Positions 63,103 to 64,000 of a DNA stretch of 64,000 nt are shown piece by piece. Positions within the stretch are counted from its first letter, which is position 1. Every line of letters begins with the position of its first letter. The notes under the pieces are model-generated. The model was not told the DNA's origin. It ran no database searches and saw only the letters and a program-made list of their open reading frames with translations. Made by a program: the position numbers and the translations under genes. Source of the stretch: an uncultured Alphaproteobacteria bacterium (GTDB taxonomy: Bacteria; Pseudomonadota; Alphaproteobacteria; SMXQ01); NCBI GenBank assembly GCA_963752345.1, contig CAVVYA010000002.1, positions 62,046-126,045 of the forward strand, read 5' to 3'.

Positions 63103-64000
63103 ATGGCTTCAGCTGCCGAGCAGCTTGCCGCGAACATCAATTTTGGCGCGTTTTCGAAAGCCACGGAGCTCAAGAAGCGCCTGTGGTTTACGCTCGCGGT
63201 GCTGGTCGTTTACCGGATCGGCAGCTACATCCCGATTCCGGGCATCGACCCCGCCGTCCTGGCCGACATCTTCCGCCAGCAGCAGGGCGGCATCCTGGGC
63301 ATGGTCGACATGTTCGCCGGCGGCGCGCTCGGCCGCATGACTGTCTTCGCTCTCAACATCATGCCGTACATCTCGGCGGCGATTATCATGCAGCTCCTGA
63401 CGAGCGTCTCTCCAAGGCTTGAAGCCTTGAAGAAGGAAGGCCCGTCCGGCATGCGCAAGATCAATCAATACACGCGCTACGGCACTGTGGTGCTGGCGAC
63501 GGTGCAGGCCTACGGCATCGCGGTCGGACTCGAGAGCATGACCTCGAGCCAAGGTGCCGCGGTGCACGATCCGGGCATGTACTTCCGCGCCGTGACCGTG
63601 ATTACCCTGGTCGGCGGCACCATGTTTCTGATGTGGCTCGGCGAGCAGATCACAGCGCGCGGCGTCGGCAACGGCATTTCACTGATCATCTTCGCCGGCA
63701 TCGTGGCGAACCTGCCGTCGGCCATGGTGCAGACCCTCGAGCTCGGCCGCACCGGCGCGCTCTCGGCGGTGCTGATCGTCATCATCATCATCATGGTGAT
63801 CGGAGTCATCGGCTTCATCGTGTTCATGGAGCGCGCCCAGCGCCGGATCATCGTGCAATATCCGAAGCGCCAGGTCGGCAACAAGATGTACGGCGGGGAA
63901 AACTCCCATCTGCCGCTCAAGATCAACACCTCCGGCGTCATCCCGCCGATCTTTGCTTCGTCGCTGCTGCTGATGCCGACGACCGTCGCCGCCTTCGGCG
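63103..64000 (+). CDS. secY: Preprotein translocase subunit SecY, 5' part (runs off the window end)
   Basis: The manual translation from the ATG at 63103 is MASAAEQLAANINFGAFSKATELKKRLWFTLAVLVVYRIGSYIPIPGIDP...LLTSVSPRLEALKKEG. The frame is open to the window end, so it is absent from the ORF track. Confidence 0.9.
   Translation, partial: MASAAEQLAANINFGAFSKATELKKRLWFTLAVLVVYRIGSYIPIPGIDPAVLADIFRQQQGGILGMVDMFAGGALGRMTVFALNIMPYISAAIIMQLLTSVSPRLEALKKEGPSGMRKINQYTRYGTVVLATVQAYGIAVGLESMTSSQGAAVHDPGMYFRAVTVITLVGGTMFLMWLGEQITARGVGNGISLIIFAGIVANLPSAMVQTLELGRTGALSAVLIVIIIIMVIGVIGFIVFMERAQRRIIVQYPKRQVGNKMYGGENSHLPLKINTSGVIPPIFASSLLLMPTTVAAFG

Overview
This is a high-GC (~66%) alphaproteobacterial chromosomal segment.

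**Left end (1-7.3 kb).** Flp/Tad pilus assembly genes: the 3' part of cpaC, then cpaD, cpaE, cpaF, tadB and tadC, plus a convergent TPR lipoprotein resembling TadD.

**Middle (7.4-33 kb).** Accessory, metabolic and signalling genes:
- A minus-strand operon encoding an Fe3+-type ABC binding protein, a fused double permease, an ADP-forming acyl-CoA synthetase and hydantoinase/oxoprolinase-family HyuA and HyuB. A divergent isochorismatase-family hydrolase and a 3-hydroxyacid-dehydrogenase-like reductase sit next to it.
- REP-like palindromic repeat islets around a small ribbon-helix-helix-like ORF, an alginate-lyase-family gene, a 50-aa lipoprotein and a ferritin-like gene.
- purT with an M20 amidohydrolase, and an alpha/beta hydrolase.
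- A cytoplasmic dual-PAS HWE histidine kinase with three single-domain response regulators (two are tandem DivK-like paralogues), an orphan TctC-family binding protein, a lipoprotein with four peptidoglycan-binding repeats and a secreted Gln-rich small protein.

**Right half (33-64 kb).** Core translation and transcription genes:
- tRNA-Thr, then rlmB carrying a long low-complexity N-terminal extension.
- tRNA-Tyr, tRNA-Gly, tuf and tRNA-Trp.
- secE, nusG, rplK, rplA, rplJ, rplL, rpoB, rpoC.
- The str operon (rpsL, rpsG, fusA and a second tuf copy).
- The S10 and spc ribosomal-protein operons, running into the 5' part of secY.

No CRISPR array, IS element or prophage is recognisable. At least ten genes carry single-base indels or frameshifts in this sequence, including essential rplD, one tuf copy, rlmB, tadB and the ABC/acyl-CoA-synthetase operon genes. 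Several sit at CCCGGG or GGG runs. I read these as consensus or assembly errors rather than real pseudogenes.
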